Of a stretch of DNA of 64,000 nt, positions 38,862 to 47,551 are shown in pieces. The notes beneath the pieces were generated by a model that was given only the letters and a program-made list of their open reading frames with translations, was not told the origin of the DNA and searched no databases. The DNA is taken from positions 1 through 64,000 of IMG/VR virus record IMGVR_UViG_3300021519_000916; one strand, written 5' to 3'. Position 1 is the stretch's first letter. Each line of letters begins with the position of its first letter. Source of the stretch: a virus. Made by a program: the position numbers and the translations under genes.

Positions 38862-38902
38862 ATTGAGTAGGTATTTACATCCTACTCAATTTTCTGTATA
38901 AT
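38862..38902 (+). terminator. terminator hairpin with sigma70 -35 in its loop
   Basis: ATTGAGTAGG/CCTACTCAAT followed by T-run; TTTACA(38874)-N17-TATAAT(38897). Confidence 0.65.
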
Positions 38903-38925
38903 CTATAAATCAATTAGGAAATTTA

Positions 38926-39162
38926 ATGTTTAAAACTCAAATATCTGAGCGCATTCCGCGTTCTCTGGCAAAAGTCATAACATGGCGAATCTTGGTAACA
39001 ATTACAAACTTTCTCGGTGGATGGCTAGCCAGCGGCAATCCCTGGGTCGGCCTAGGTGTTGTTAGTTTTGCTCTGGTAGTAAACAGTATACTGTATTTCT
39101 TTCACGAACGTGCATGGAATCGCACAGACTGGGATAGATCAATCAATGAGGAATCAAGATGA
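38926..39162 (+). CDS. DUF2061-like small membrane protein
   Basis: RSLAKVITWRIL...YFFHERAW. Confidence 0.8.
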   Translation: MFKTQISERIPRSLAKVITWRILVTITNFLGGWLASGNPWVGLGVVSFALVVNSILYFFHERAWNRTDWDRSINEESR

Positions 39163-40064
39163 AAAAGATTTTAGCTACATTACTAATGGCTTTTGCACTC
39201 ACAGCACAGGCCAAAGAAACAATTACAATTATTTACGGGTTTAGTGCGTCTGATAACTCAGCAAACTATTCACGTAATTTAGCCAACGAAGCAAACAGCC
39301 AACAAACCAAGTATAAATTTTTATTTGATGTTAGGCCAGGCGGCGGTCAAGCAGTTGCAGTAAATCATGTAAAAAATACACGGAACACTATTTTTATGAC
39401 ATCCGGCGCATTTTGGTTACGTCCAGTTTTTTATCCTAACGAAAGTTGGGACGTTAACGAATGGCGCACGATCATGACACAATGTAGCGCACCATTTAGT
39501 GTGGCCAGCGTAAAATATAAGTCATGGAATGATGTACCAAAAAATCAACCATTGACTATCGCAACAAGTGGTATGGGTGTATTCAGCCATATCATTGCTT
39601 TACAAATTGTAGAACGATATCCAAACATGACTTTAATCCCATTTAAGTCCACGGTAGAAGGTATGTTGGCCGTTGTTAGTGGGCAAGTTGATTTTGCTGT
39701 TGGCTTCGTGGGCGATCAAGAAAATTGGACTCACGAAGAAACTAAGACTCGTTTAAATATTCTCGGAACCACTGGTAATGGTGCTGGAAAATATCCTAGT
39801 TTAGCAAGCCAAGGCTTTCCGCAGGTTCTAACTAAGTTAGATACACCATATAACTTAATGGTTCCAAAGTCGTTTGATGCAGGCAAGGCAAAAGAAATCC
39901 GCGATATACTTGCTAAGGCCGAAACAGCAACAAGTGTACGTAAAAGTTATGCATTAGATTTTTGTGCGCCTATATCTATTCCAGAGAATAAATTAAATGC
40001 TTGGTTTGACGAACAGAATAAAACTATACGCAATACCACAAAAGGGTTAACTATTACTCAATGA
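39159..40064 (+). CDS. Bug/TctC-like substrate-binding protein (secreted)
   Basis: Signal ..TAQA, RPGGGQAVA, IPFKS, VSGQVD, PSLASQG; paralog of 31435. Confidence 0.8.
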   Translation: MKKILATLLMAFALTAQAKETITIIYGFSASDNSANYSRNLANEANSQQTKYKFLFDVRPGGGQAVAVNHVKNTRNTIFMTSGAFWLRPVFYPNESWDVNEWRTIMTQCSAPFSVASVKYKSWNDVPKNQPLTIATSGMGVFSHIIALQIVERYPNMTLIPFKSTVEGMLAVVSGQVDFAVGFVGDQENWTHEETKTRLNILGTTGNGAGKYPSLASQGFPQVLTKLDTPYNLMVPKSFDAGKAKEIRDILAKAETATSVRKSYALDFCAPISIPENKLNAWFDEQNKTIRNTTKGLTITQ

Positions 40065-40073
40065 TGCAAATTT

Positions 40074-41393
40074 ATGAATAAATTCGAACACACCACTGTT
40101 GCTGATGTGGCTCACGACTCAAATAAAAAGTTAGGTTATTATCTTTTTAATAATCAAATTTATTATAATAAAATGCAAGTGTTACTAGAAGCATCTAAAA
40201 CATCCAAAGACAACGTAAATAAATCACCAGAGGACGACATTAAATGGTTCTTCAATAATGACGTATTCATGAAATTCCCATGGCATGTGGAACCCGAAAC
40301 GCCACTTACTGAACTGTATCGTATACGGGCGCAACAACTCAGGGATCAATATGATTATATACGGGTTGAGGCATCAGGTGGGTCCGACAGTAGTACTGTA
40401 GTTTATAGCTTTTTACTTAACAACATTCACATAGATGAAATAGTATTTAGATATCCCAAGATTGGTGAGAAGGGAGTTTCTAATACTGCGCGATTTACCC
40501 AGTGTGAAAATACTCTAAGTGAATACGAATTTGCTACCAAACCAATGCTTAATTGGATTGCTACTAATTATCCTAAAGTTAAAATCACAATCTACGATTA
40601 TAGTGAAGACATGATTGCAAACGCAGATCGCGCCGACGAGTCATGGATATTTAAAACTAGACACTATTTACAGCCCGGACATGCATATAAAAATTCCTTA
40701 ACAGGCTTCACAGAACATCGAAGATTAGCAGACTCCGGTATCAACATTGGCGTCATATACGGCGTAGATAAACCCAAGATATGTATCAAAGATGGTAAGT
40801 TCTTTTTATATTTCTTTGACAGTTTAGCAAATTATAACAATCCAGATGTTGGCGATTATACAAATATAACCAATGAATATTTTTACTGGACTCCGGACAT
40901 GCCAGAGATACTTGCAAAACAAGCTCATATATGTAAGTATTGGTTTAGTATGCCGGAACATTATCAATTTCAAAAAACCCTGCATTGGCCTAATATGGAC
41001 TTTGCCGCTAGAAACTTATATGAGCAATTAGTCAAGGGAATTGTATATCCAGACTACGACCCAAATACATTCCAGGTTGCTAAACCCAGCAATAATATAT
41101 ACAACGAAATGGACCATTGGTTCCATGTCAACTTCAAAAATACCAAAGCATATAACGTATGGGAAGCCGGCATTAATCACCTACTAACTAACTTTCACGA
41201 GTCGTATATAAAAATGGACATACATGGTAGGGCATCAAATATTCAAGAATTTATGAGCCCGTTTTACTATGTTGGGGACAGTGACATTCCTGAGATTGGA
41301 GTAATAAAGAATAGAGAATTTATATCCAATAGTCGTTTACCAGTTTCTCAGAGACATGTGCATTTTATAAAAAACAAAATGGTAATTTATTAA
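40074..41393 (+). CDS. PP-loop (adenine nucleotide alpha-hydrolase-like) enzyme
   Basis: RAQQLRDQYDYIRVEASGGSDS; GVDKP. Confidence 0.7.
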   Translation: MNKFEHTTVADVAHDSNKKLGYYLFNNQIYYNKMQVLLEASKTSKDNVNKSPEDDIKWFFNNDVFMKFPWHVEPETPLTELYRIRAQQLRDQYDYIRVEASGGSDSSTVVYSFLLNNIHIDEIVFRYPKIGEKGVSNTARFTQCENTLSEYEFATKPMLNWIATNYPKVKITIYDYSEDMIANADRADESWIFKTRHYLQPGHAYKNSLTGFTEHRRLADSGINIGVIYGVDKPKICIKDGKFFLYFFDSLANYNNPDVGDYTNITNEYFYWTPDMPEILAKQAHICKYWFSMPEHYQFQKTLHWPNMDFAARNLYEQLVKGIVYPDYDPNTFQVAKPSNNIYNEMDHWFHVNFKNTKAYNVWEAGINHLLTNFHESYIKMDIHGRASNIQEFMSPFYYVGDSDIPEIGVIKNREFISNSRLPVSQRHVHFIKNKMVIY

Positions 41394-42694
41394 TGAAAAT
41401 TGAACATACACAGGTCGCCGGCGTTACTTTAGAATCAAATAAAAAGTTAGGGTATTATCTGTTTGATGACCAAGTGTACTATAATAAATTTCATGTACTA
41501 CTAGAATCATCCAAAACTGAAAAGAATAAACCACTAAACGATGCAGTTAAATGGTTCTTCAATGATGACGTATTCATGAAATTCCCATGGCACGTAGAAC
41601 CCAAAACATCAATGCAAGAACTATATCGTATGCGGGCCCAGCAACTCAGGGACCAATACGATTATATACGAGTTGAAGCGTCTGGCGGAGGAGATAGTAC
41701 TACTGTAGTCTATAGTTTTTTACTTAATAATATTCATTTAGACGAAGTTGTTTTTAGATATCCCAAAACCGGAGAGAATGGTGTGTCCGGAGATGCATGG
41801 GCAACTAACTGTGAGAATACCCTGAGTGAGTGGGAATATGCTGCAAAACCATTGCTTAATTGGATCGCTACTAACTACCCCAAGGTTAAAATTACAGTAC
41901 ATGATTATAGCGAAGACATGATTAAAAATGCTGACCGTGCCGACGAGTCATGGATATTTAAAACTAGACATTACCTGCAACCGGCACATGCACATAAACA
42001 CTCCACTACAGGATTTATTGAACATCGCAGGTTGGCCGATACCAATTCTAAAATTGGTATAATATACGGAATTGACAAACCCAAGTTATGCATTAAAGAC
42101 GGTAAGTTCTTTTTATATTTCTTTGATAACTTGGCGAATCACAATAACCCCGACGTTGGCGATTATACAAATATAACCAATGAGTTTTTCTATTGGACTC
42201 CGGACATGCCGGAGATAGTGGCCAAACAAGCTCACATGTGTAGGCATTGGTTTAGCATGCCGGAACATTATCAATTCCAGCGCACACTACTTTGGCCCAA
42301 TATTGACTTTTCTGCTAGAAGCTTATACGAACAACTAGTAAAAACCATTGTATACCCAGATTATGATTGCAATACATTCCAAGTAGCTAAACCAAGTAAT
42401 AACATATACAACGAAATGGATCATTGGTTCCATGTCAACTTCAAGAATACCAAAGCATATAATGTGTGGGAAGCTGGCATTAATCACTTGTTAAACAACC
42501 TTAATGAAAATTATATACATCTAGTTAACGGAAAACAAACAAATATTAAAGAATTTATGAGCCCGTTTTACTACATAGGGGAATGTAATATACCAAGCAT
42601 GGGCGTATTACAAAACAAAGCGTTAATGGATAAAGCCAGGGCAATGGCTACAAAACACGTACACTTTATAAAGAATAAGATGGTAATTTATTAA
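41393..42694 (+). CDS. PP-loop enzyme, tandem duplicate of the upstream gene
   Basis: SGGGDS; co-linear and highly similar to 40074..41393. Confidence 0.7.
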   Translation: MKIEHTQVAGVTLESNKKLGYYLFDDQVYYNKFHVLLESSKTEKNKPLNDAVKWFFNDDVFMKFPWHVEPKTSMQELYRMRAQQLRDQYDYIRVEASGGGDSTTVVYSFLLNNIHLDEVVFRYPKTGENGVSGDAWATNCENTLSEWEYAAKPLLNWIATNYPKVKITVHDYSEDMIKNADRADESWIFKTRHYLQPAHAHKHSTTGFIEHRRLADTNSKIGIIYGIDKPKLCIKDGKFFLYFFDNLANHNNPDVGDYTNITNEFFYWTPDMPEIVAKQAHMCRHWFSMPEHYQFQRTLLWPNIDFSARSLYEQLVKTIVYPDYDCNTFQVAKPSNNIYNEMDHWFHVNFKNTKAYNVWEAGINHLLNNLNENYIHLVNGKQTNIKEFMSPFYYIGECNIPSMGVLQNKALMDKARAMATKHVHFIKNKMVIY

Positions 42695-42733
42695 CCAACT
42701 CAATGCTCGCATATTTCGATAAATAATTGTACT

Positions 42734-43264
42734 ATGCCAGCAAATATTAAAGATTTACTAAAAAATACACAAGACATTTTCATGACAGATTCTGCTGTCA
42801 GCACCCTATTAGACTTTGAACGGGTGTTAGATGAGCTTGATTTATACGCATTTGCCAATTGGAAGCAAGGCGAATTAGTCGAAGGTCCCACATACGAAAA
42901 GTACTTTGTAAAATGCACTTTTATGTGGCCCTACAAAAAAATGCCCGATCCCCGTGGCGCACAAAGACTGTCTGAATACGATTGTGATATTACATTTGAA
43001 CGTGACTTCTTTGAACACCCTATTAAAGTAAAAAGCCCAAACGACTATAAGCCCGGAACAAAAGTTCCTAAAATGGTCAAGAGCCCCATATGGCTAGTTG
43101 ACATTGTTATGCCTAAGAAGTTAATGGCAGACATTGAAAAAGGTGCTTTAGAACTTGAATCGGGCACAATTGATATGGAAGACATTAATCAAGCATACGA
43201 AACCGGTGCTGATAATGATGCTATAGACCAAGAGGAACAAATCAATGACCAACCAACACAGTAA
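42734..43264 (+). CDS. conserved hypothetical phage protein (late)
   Basis: LLDFERVLDELDLY...MPDPRG; TAAATA at 42720. Confidence 0.7.
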   Translation: MPANIKDLLKNTQDIFMTDSAVSTLLDFERVLDELDLYAFANWKQGELVEGPTYEKYFVKCTFMWPYKKMPDPRGAQRLSEYDCDITFERDFFEHPIKVKSPNDYKPGTKVPKMVKSPIWLVDIVMPKKLMADIEKGALELESGTIDMEDINQAYETGADNDAIDQEEQINDQPTQ

Positions 43265-43805
43265 CCTATTTGAGGGTCTAGAAGTTGGCGACTTAAAGCG
43301 GTTAATCCACCCCGAATTACATATTGACGAATTTAAAAGCAAGTTAGGCGACGATGCCGACGTTGTTGTTGTTAGTTTTAAAGTTGACAGTAAAGATCCA
43401 GCAATTGATTTAGTGGCATTCATTGAAAAAGGCTACAGCTGGGTCATTGATGCCGATGTTAGTTCCGGCGAACTTGAAGATGGTTCATATATTGTATTTG
43501 TTGAGATGGATCGTGATGCCGACGCTCCAAAAAATATTATGCAGTTAATGGATGAATTATTGAATTTAACAGAGCAAGATGAAAGCGACTGGCGAGTGCG
43601 CTATTATAAATCTCGTCAAGAAAAGCAATTAAGCCTTGATGCGTTAGAAGAACTTGTGCCAACTACACCAGAAGCCTACGAAAAGGCCCATGGTCAGTCT
43701 GATATTGATCAGTTAAAGACTGCTGCTGGTATAAATGTAACTACTAAAGCACCTAAAAACGACTTTACAGAATCTTTACGTAATCTAGCTGGCATTGCAC
43801 GTTAG
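43245..43805 (+). CDS. conserved hypothetical phage protein
   Basis: HIDEFKSKLG...FIEKGY..VIDADVS. Confidence 0.7.
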   Translation: MTNQHSNLFEGLEVGDLKRLIHPELHIDEFKSKLGDDADVVVVSFKVDSKDPAIDLVAFIEKGYSWVIDADVSSGELEDGSYIVFVEMDRDADAPKNIMQLMDELLNLTEQDESDWRVRYYKSRQEKQLSLDALEELVPTTPEAYEKAHGQSDIDQLKTAAGINVTTKAPKNDFTESLRNLAGIAR

Positions 43806-43810
43806 TACTA

Positions 43811-43818
43811 TATAAATA
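43811..43818 (+). promoter_or_regulatory. T4-type late promoter
   Basis: Exact TATAAATA upstream of the endolysin. Confidence 0.75.
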
Positions 43819-43843
43819 CTGAGTATCTACTAAGGAGATAAAC

Positions 43844-44470
43844 ATGAGCTTCGATTTCAATTTCACTAAAGAAAAGTTAGCAAAAATTATTACAGGTAAC
43901 CAATACGTAGACCATTGGTTTGACGCACTGAACACTATATTACCAGATTATGAGATTACCTCATTGAATCGTGTTGCGGCATTTATAGCGCAGACAGCCC
44001 ATGAATCCGGCAACTATAAAGCATTAAAAGAGAATTTAAATTATCAGGCCGCATCTTTGTGTAAGGTATGGCCAAGGTTATTTCCAACAATGGAAATAGC
44101 AAATCAATACGCACATAAGCCAGAGATGATTGCTAATCGTGCCTACGCAGATCGTATGGGCAATGGTAACGAAGCAAGCGGCGACGGGTGGAGACATTGC
44201 GGACGTGGACTTATCCAACTAACCGGTAAGGCAAACTATACTGCATTTGCAGAAAGTATTGAAACACCAGTGGATGAATTAGTTGAATTTTTACAGACCT
44301 TTGAAGGCGCTGTACAATCAGCTTGCTGGTTCTGGGAAACTAATAACTTAAACCAATGGGCAGACAAAGGTGATATGCTTACGTTAACTAAACGTATCAA
44401 TGGCGGCACATTGGGACTTGACGATCGTATTAAACATTATAACCATGCATTAGAAGTGCTAGGCGCCTAA
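43844..44470 (+). CDS. glycoside hydrolase family 19 endolysin
   Basis: AQTAHESG, ENLNY, GRGLIQLTG, TKRINGG. Confidence 0.9.
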   Translation: MSFDFNFTKEKLAKIITGNQYVDHWFDALNTILPDYEITSLNRVAAFIAQTAHESGNYKALKENLNYQAASLCKVWPRLFPTMEIANQYAHKPEMIANRAYADRMGNGNEASGDGWRHCGRGLIQLTGKANYTAFAESIETPVDELVEFLQTFEGAVQSACWFWETNNLNQWADKGDMLTLTKRINGGTLGLDDRIKHYNHALEVLGA

Positions 44471-44935
44471 ATGTTTGGATGGTTAGTTGAACACGCACTA
44501 TTAATAATTCCAACTTGGGCATGGTTGGCACTTGCTGTTGCTGGCGCAGTAGTATATTATCTCAGCGGATTTATTCTAGCATTTCCACAATTTAAGCCAT
44601 ATGGCATATTAGTTAAAGTAGTCGGAGTACTGGCATTACTTGGCGGAGTATTCATGACCGGCGGCGAAGGAGTTACAGCTATATGGCAACAACAAATTAA
44701 AGAATCAAACGAACGTATTGCTATAGCCGAAGCGCAAAGCAAAGAAGTTAATGTTAAGATAGTGGAAAAGGTTGTTAAGCAATTAGAAGTAGTGCATCAA
44801 AAGGGCGCTGAAGTTATAAAGTATGTGGATCGCGAAGTTACCAAATACGATAATACCTGCCCTGTTCCTGATGTGGTAGTCAAGGCACACAATGCGGCCG
44901 CATTAAATCAATCAATTGAAAAGGATAAGAAATGA
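44471..44935 (+). CDS. inner-membrane spanin-like (Rz-like) protein
   Basis: N-terminal TM helices, coiled coil, C-terminal Cys; follows endolysin. Confidence 0.65.
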   Translation: MFGWLVEHALLIIPTWAWLALAVAGAVVYYLSGFILAFPQFKPYGILVKVVGVLALLGGVFMTGGEGVTAIWQQQIKESNERIAIAEAQSKEVNVKIVEKVVKQLEVVHQKGAEVIKYVDREVTKYDNTCPVPDVVVKAHNAAALNQSIEKDKK

Positions 44936-45198
44936 AATACTTACTAATCCTGGTTACAATTATGCTAACAGCATGTGCATCTACAGTACCAACCATAGCT
45001 AAATTTCCCGAAGTGCCATCGCAACTATTAGAGAAGTGCCCACCATTAAAAACAATACCAACAGAAACAACAGTATTCAGCGAGTTAACTAAAACAGTTA
45101 CAGTTAACTACACAACATATTATGAATGTGCAATAAAACAAGAAGCATGGGCTGAATGGTTCAATACTCAGAAGAAAATATACGAGAGTTTAAAATGA
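44932..45198 (+). CDS. outer-membrane spanin-like lipoprotein (Rz1-like)
   Basis: LTAC lipobox, Pro-rich segment, further Cys residues. Confidence 0.7.
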   Translation: MKYLLILVTIMLTACASTVPTIAKFPEVPSQLLEKCPPLKTIPTETTVFSELTKTVTVNYTTYYECAIKQEAWAEWFNTQKKIYESLK

Positions 45199-45608
45199 AA
45201 AAATTAATATACGTAGCCTTGTTTTCGTTGTTGTCTGGATGTGCAAGTATTCAAAATATATACGAAGCATATACAATGGCTAAGTTTGATGTTAACGAGT
45301 ATCAATACATCACACGTATACGTACACACGCACAGCTAGGTGGTCCATTGTGTGGAACACCCGACGTTAAAGAACATGTTAAGTATATTTTTGTAGTGGC
45401 ACAAGAATATAAAAACTACGCAGAATTAATACCCAACAATCAAAACAGTTTTAAATTAGCAACAACGCTAACGCAAATTACTGATGAATTTGCTAAAAAA
45501 TATCAAGGTGCAGAAACACCGAGTGTTGTATATTGCAAGGCTAAATTTATGGCTATCGAACGTTCAAGTGAGAACATACAAAAGGTTATAGGAGCCAAGC
45601 CAAGATGA
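45195..45608 (+). CDS. lipoprotein
   Basis: LSGC lipobox. Confidence 0.7.
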   Translation: MKKLIYVALFSLLSGCASIQNIYEAYTMAKFDVNEYQYITRIRTHAQLGGPLCGTPDVKEHVKYIFVVAQEYKNYAELIPNNQNSFKLATTLTQITDEFAKKYQGAETPSVVYCKAKFMAIERSSENIQKVIGAKPR

Positions 45609-45868
45609 ACGCACAACAAATTTTAGATGGCATTTACGGAACACAAACACAAGACCCCATTGCACAGCAATTAGCAGGGGTATTAGCACAATACACCCAA
45701 CAATTTCAAGCAGGGCAGATGAGCAAAGACGAATACGCTGAACTAGTAAGAGATTTACAAACAGAACAACTAATTAATGCTCAGTGTAGTGACTTAGAAG
45801 CCAAAGAACGGTTAAATACAATATGTAATGCAGTATTAAATGCAGTGGACATACTAAGTAGCATATAA
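45605..45868 (+). CDS. hypothetical protein
   Basis: ORF with GGAG RBS. Confidence 0.6.
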   Translation: MNAQQILDGIYGTQTQDPIAQQLAGVLAQYTQQFQAGQMSKDEYAELVRDLQTEQLINAQCSDLEAKERLNTICNAVLNAVDILSSI

Positions 45869-45892
45869 AAATAATTCAAATAGGAGCTAATA

Positions 45893-46393
45893 ATGAGCGA
45901 AGTAAGCGAAAGCGAAAAGAAAAAAGAAGATTGGATGAATAGCAAATGGCGTCCAATGATGGGCTGGATGTACATGTCAGTATGTGTGTTTGACTTTGTA
46001 TTGGCCCCAATTTTATGGTCAATGTTACAAGCAGTATTTCACGGCGGGGTAAACGTACAATGGCAACCACTAACATTGCAAGGTGCTGGTTTATTCCACA
46101 TTGCGATGGGTGCTGTCCTTGGTATTGCGGCAATGGGTCGTACACAGGAAAAATTAGCAGGTGCTAATAATGGCGGAGCAGGCGGTACATCATATACTGC
46201 GCCAGCACCAATTAGCAGCCCATCACCAAGTACAAGTGCTCCGCCGGCACCAAGCTGGGGGACAACGCCGGTGGCAAGTCCATTCCCGAGTGCTCCGGTA
46301 GCAAGTCCATTTCCAAGTGCTCCGGTGGCTACGCCATTGATGAGTTCGTCTGGTAAGTTGGCACCACAGCCGGCACAAGATCCGGTACTATAA
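45893..46393 (+). CDS. holin-like protein (3TM/GTA-holin-like) with Pro-rich tail
   Basis: KWRPMMGW, hydrophobic helices, GRTQEK; located in lysis cluster. Confidence 0.7.
   Translation: MSEVSESEKKKEDWMNSKWRPMMGWMYMSVCVFDFVLAPILWSMLQAVFHGGVNVQWQPLTLQGAGLFHIAMGAVLGIAAMGRTQEKLAGANNGGAGGTSYTAPAPISSPSPSTSAPPAPSWGTTPVASPFPSAPVASPFPSAPVATPLMSSSGKLAPQPAQDPVL
46268..46329 (+). repeat. 27-bp imperfect tandem repeat (PVASPFPSA, about 2.3 copies)
   Basis: ccggtggcaagtccattcccgagtgct / ccggtagcaagtccatttccaagtgct / ccggtggc. Confidence 0.85.
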
Positions 46394-46413
46394 ATTAAAA
46401 ATAAGGAAATATC

Positions 46414-46629
46414 ATGAAATATATCATATCAGCGTTTGCATTACTCGCATTACTTACAACTAACCCAGTGTTTGCTGCTGGCGAGACTAAAGAAGTATGT
46501 AAGGATGCAGTGGGTAAAGATGGTAAGGTTGTTAAAAATAAAGATGGTTCTGCCAAACAAACCTGTAAGAAAATTAAGGTACACAAAAAGGCAGAAGGCA
46601 CTAAAGTACCTGAAAACTCAAAAAAATAG
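46414..46629 (+). CDS. small secreted Lys-rich protein with two Cys
   Basis: Signal peptide ..PVFA; C...C; AAGGA RBS. Confidence 0.7.
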   Translation: MKYIISAFALLALLTTNPVFAAGETKEVCKDAVGKDGKVVKNKDGSAKQTCKKIKVHKKAEGTKVPENSKK

Positions 46630-46646
46630 ACTACATCATCAAAAAC

Positions 46647-46689
46647 AAAAGCCGATTGAGTTGACACCAGTCGGCTTTTCATTTATAAT
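46647..46689 (+). terminator. terminator hairpin with sigma70 promoter -35 in its loop
   Basis: AAAAGCCGATTG/CAGTCGGCTTTT; TTGACA(46661)-N17-TATAAT(46684). Confidence 0.75.
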
Positions 46690-46695
46690 AGCAAC

Positions 46696-47541
46696 ATGAC
46701 TCATTATGCTACCCTAGGTGTTGCCGAAAACGCAAATGCCGACGATATTAAAAAAGCCTACCGAAGGTTAGCGAGTCAACACCACCCGGACAAAGGTGGC
46801 GACACTAAAAAGTTTCAAGAAATACAAACCGCATACGATACCATAAGCGATAATGAAAAACGACAACAGTACGATATGCAACGCAGTGGACGAGGACCGC
46901 AGCAATTCCATTTCCACCAAGGTGATGTGAATAACGCGGACATAAGCGAACTATTTAGAAATTTTGGATTTGGTGGTGCTGACCCATTTACACCATTTAG
47001 GCAACAACAGCAACAAAGACGCAATAAAGATTTGCGTGTAGAAGTTGCAATCCCATTAGTTTCAACGTTAGAAGAACAAACCAAAGTCATTAGTGTATTG
47101 ACCACTACCGGAAGCAGAGAGACTGTTGAAGTTAAAATACCAAAGGGCATAACAAATGGCACCAATATAAAGTATGCCAATCTAGGTGATAACTTATTCA
47201 ATACTATACCGCGTGGTGACTTATATGTTCAAATTAATGTTCATAATGCGGAGAATTTTTTTGTAAACAACATTGACTTATACACATCAATTAGTGTAAA
47301 CTGTTTACTAGCAATAACAGGTGGAGTCACTACTATTACAGGCATCGATGATAAAAGTTTTATATTAACAATTCCGCAAGGAACACAACCAGGTACTAAA
47401 TTTAGAATAGCACAACAAGGATTATACCAATTGAATTCGAATATTAGAGGCAATTTGTTTGTAGAAATGAATGTTACAATCCCGCAAAATCTAAACACAG
47501 ATCAATTACAAATAGTTAAATCAATCCTCAATCCTCAATAA
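46696..47541 (+). CDS. dnaJ: DnaJ/CbpA-like co-chaperone (no Zn finger)
   Basis: J domain with HPDKGG, G/F region, DnaJ C-terminal domain. Confidence 0.92.
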   Translation: MTHYATLGVAENANADDIKKAYRRLASQHHPDKGGDTKKFQEIQTAYDTISDNEKRQQYDMQRSGRGPQQFHFHQGDVNNADISELFRNFGFGGADPFTPFRQQQQQRRNKDLRVEVAIPLVSTLEEQTKVISVLTTTGSRETVEVKIPKGITNGTNIKYANLGDNLFNTIPRGDLYVQINVHNAENFFVNNIDLYTSISVNCLLAITGGVTTITGIDDKSFILTIPQGTQPGTKFRIAQQGLYQLNSNIRGNLFVEMNVTIPQNLNTDQLQIVKSILNPQ

Positions 47542-47551
47542 ATATTTTTAT

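Noticed and set aside
28995-40064. Host chromosomal transporter operon or chimeric assembly
   Set aside because: No permease genes; same AT content, phage-type TAAATA promoters and phoH within the block; flanked continuously by phage genes.
32340-42694. Lasso-peptide (RiPP) cluster based on asparagine-synthetase-like enzymes
   Set aside because: No precursor peptide, RRE or transglutaminase-like leader peptidase identifiable in the window.
40074-42694. Diversity-generating retroelement template/variable repeat pair
   Set aside because: Similarity spans whole genes, differences are not adenine-specific, and no reverse transcriptase is present; an ordinary tandem duplication.
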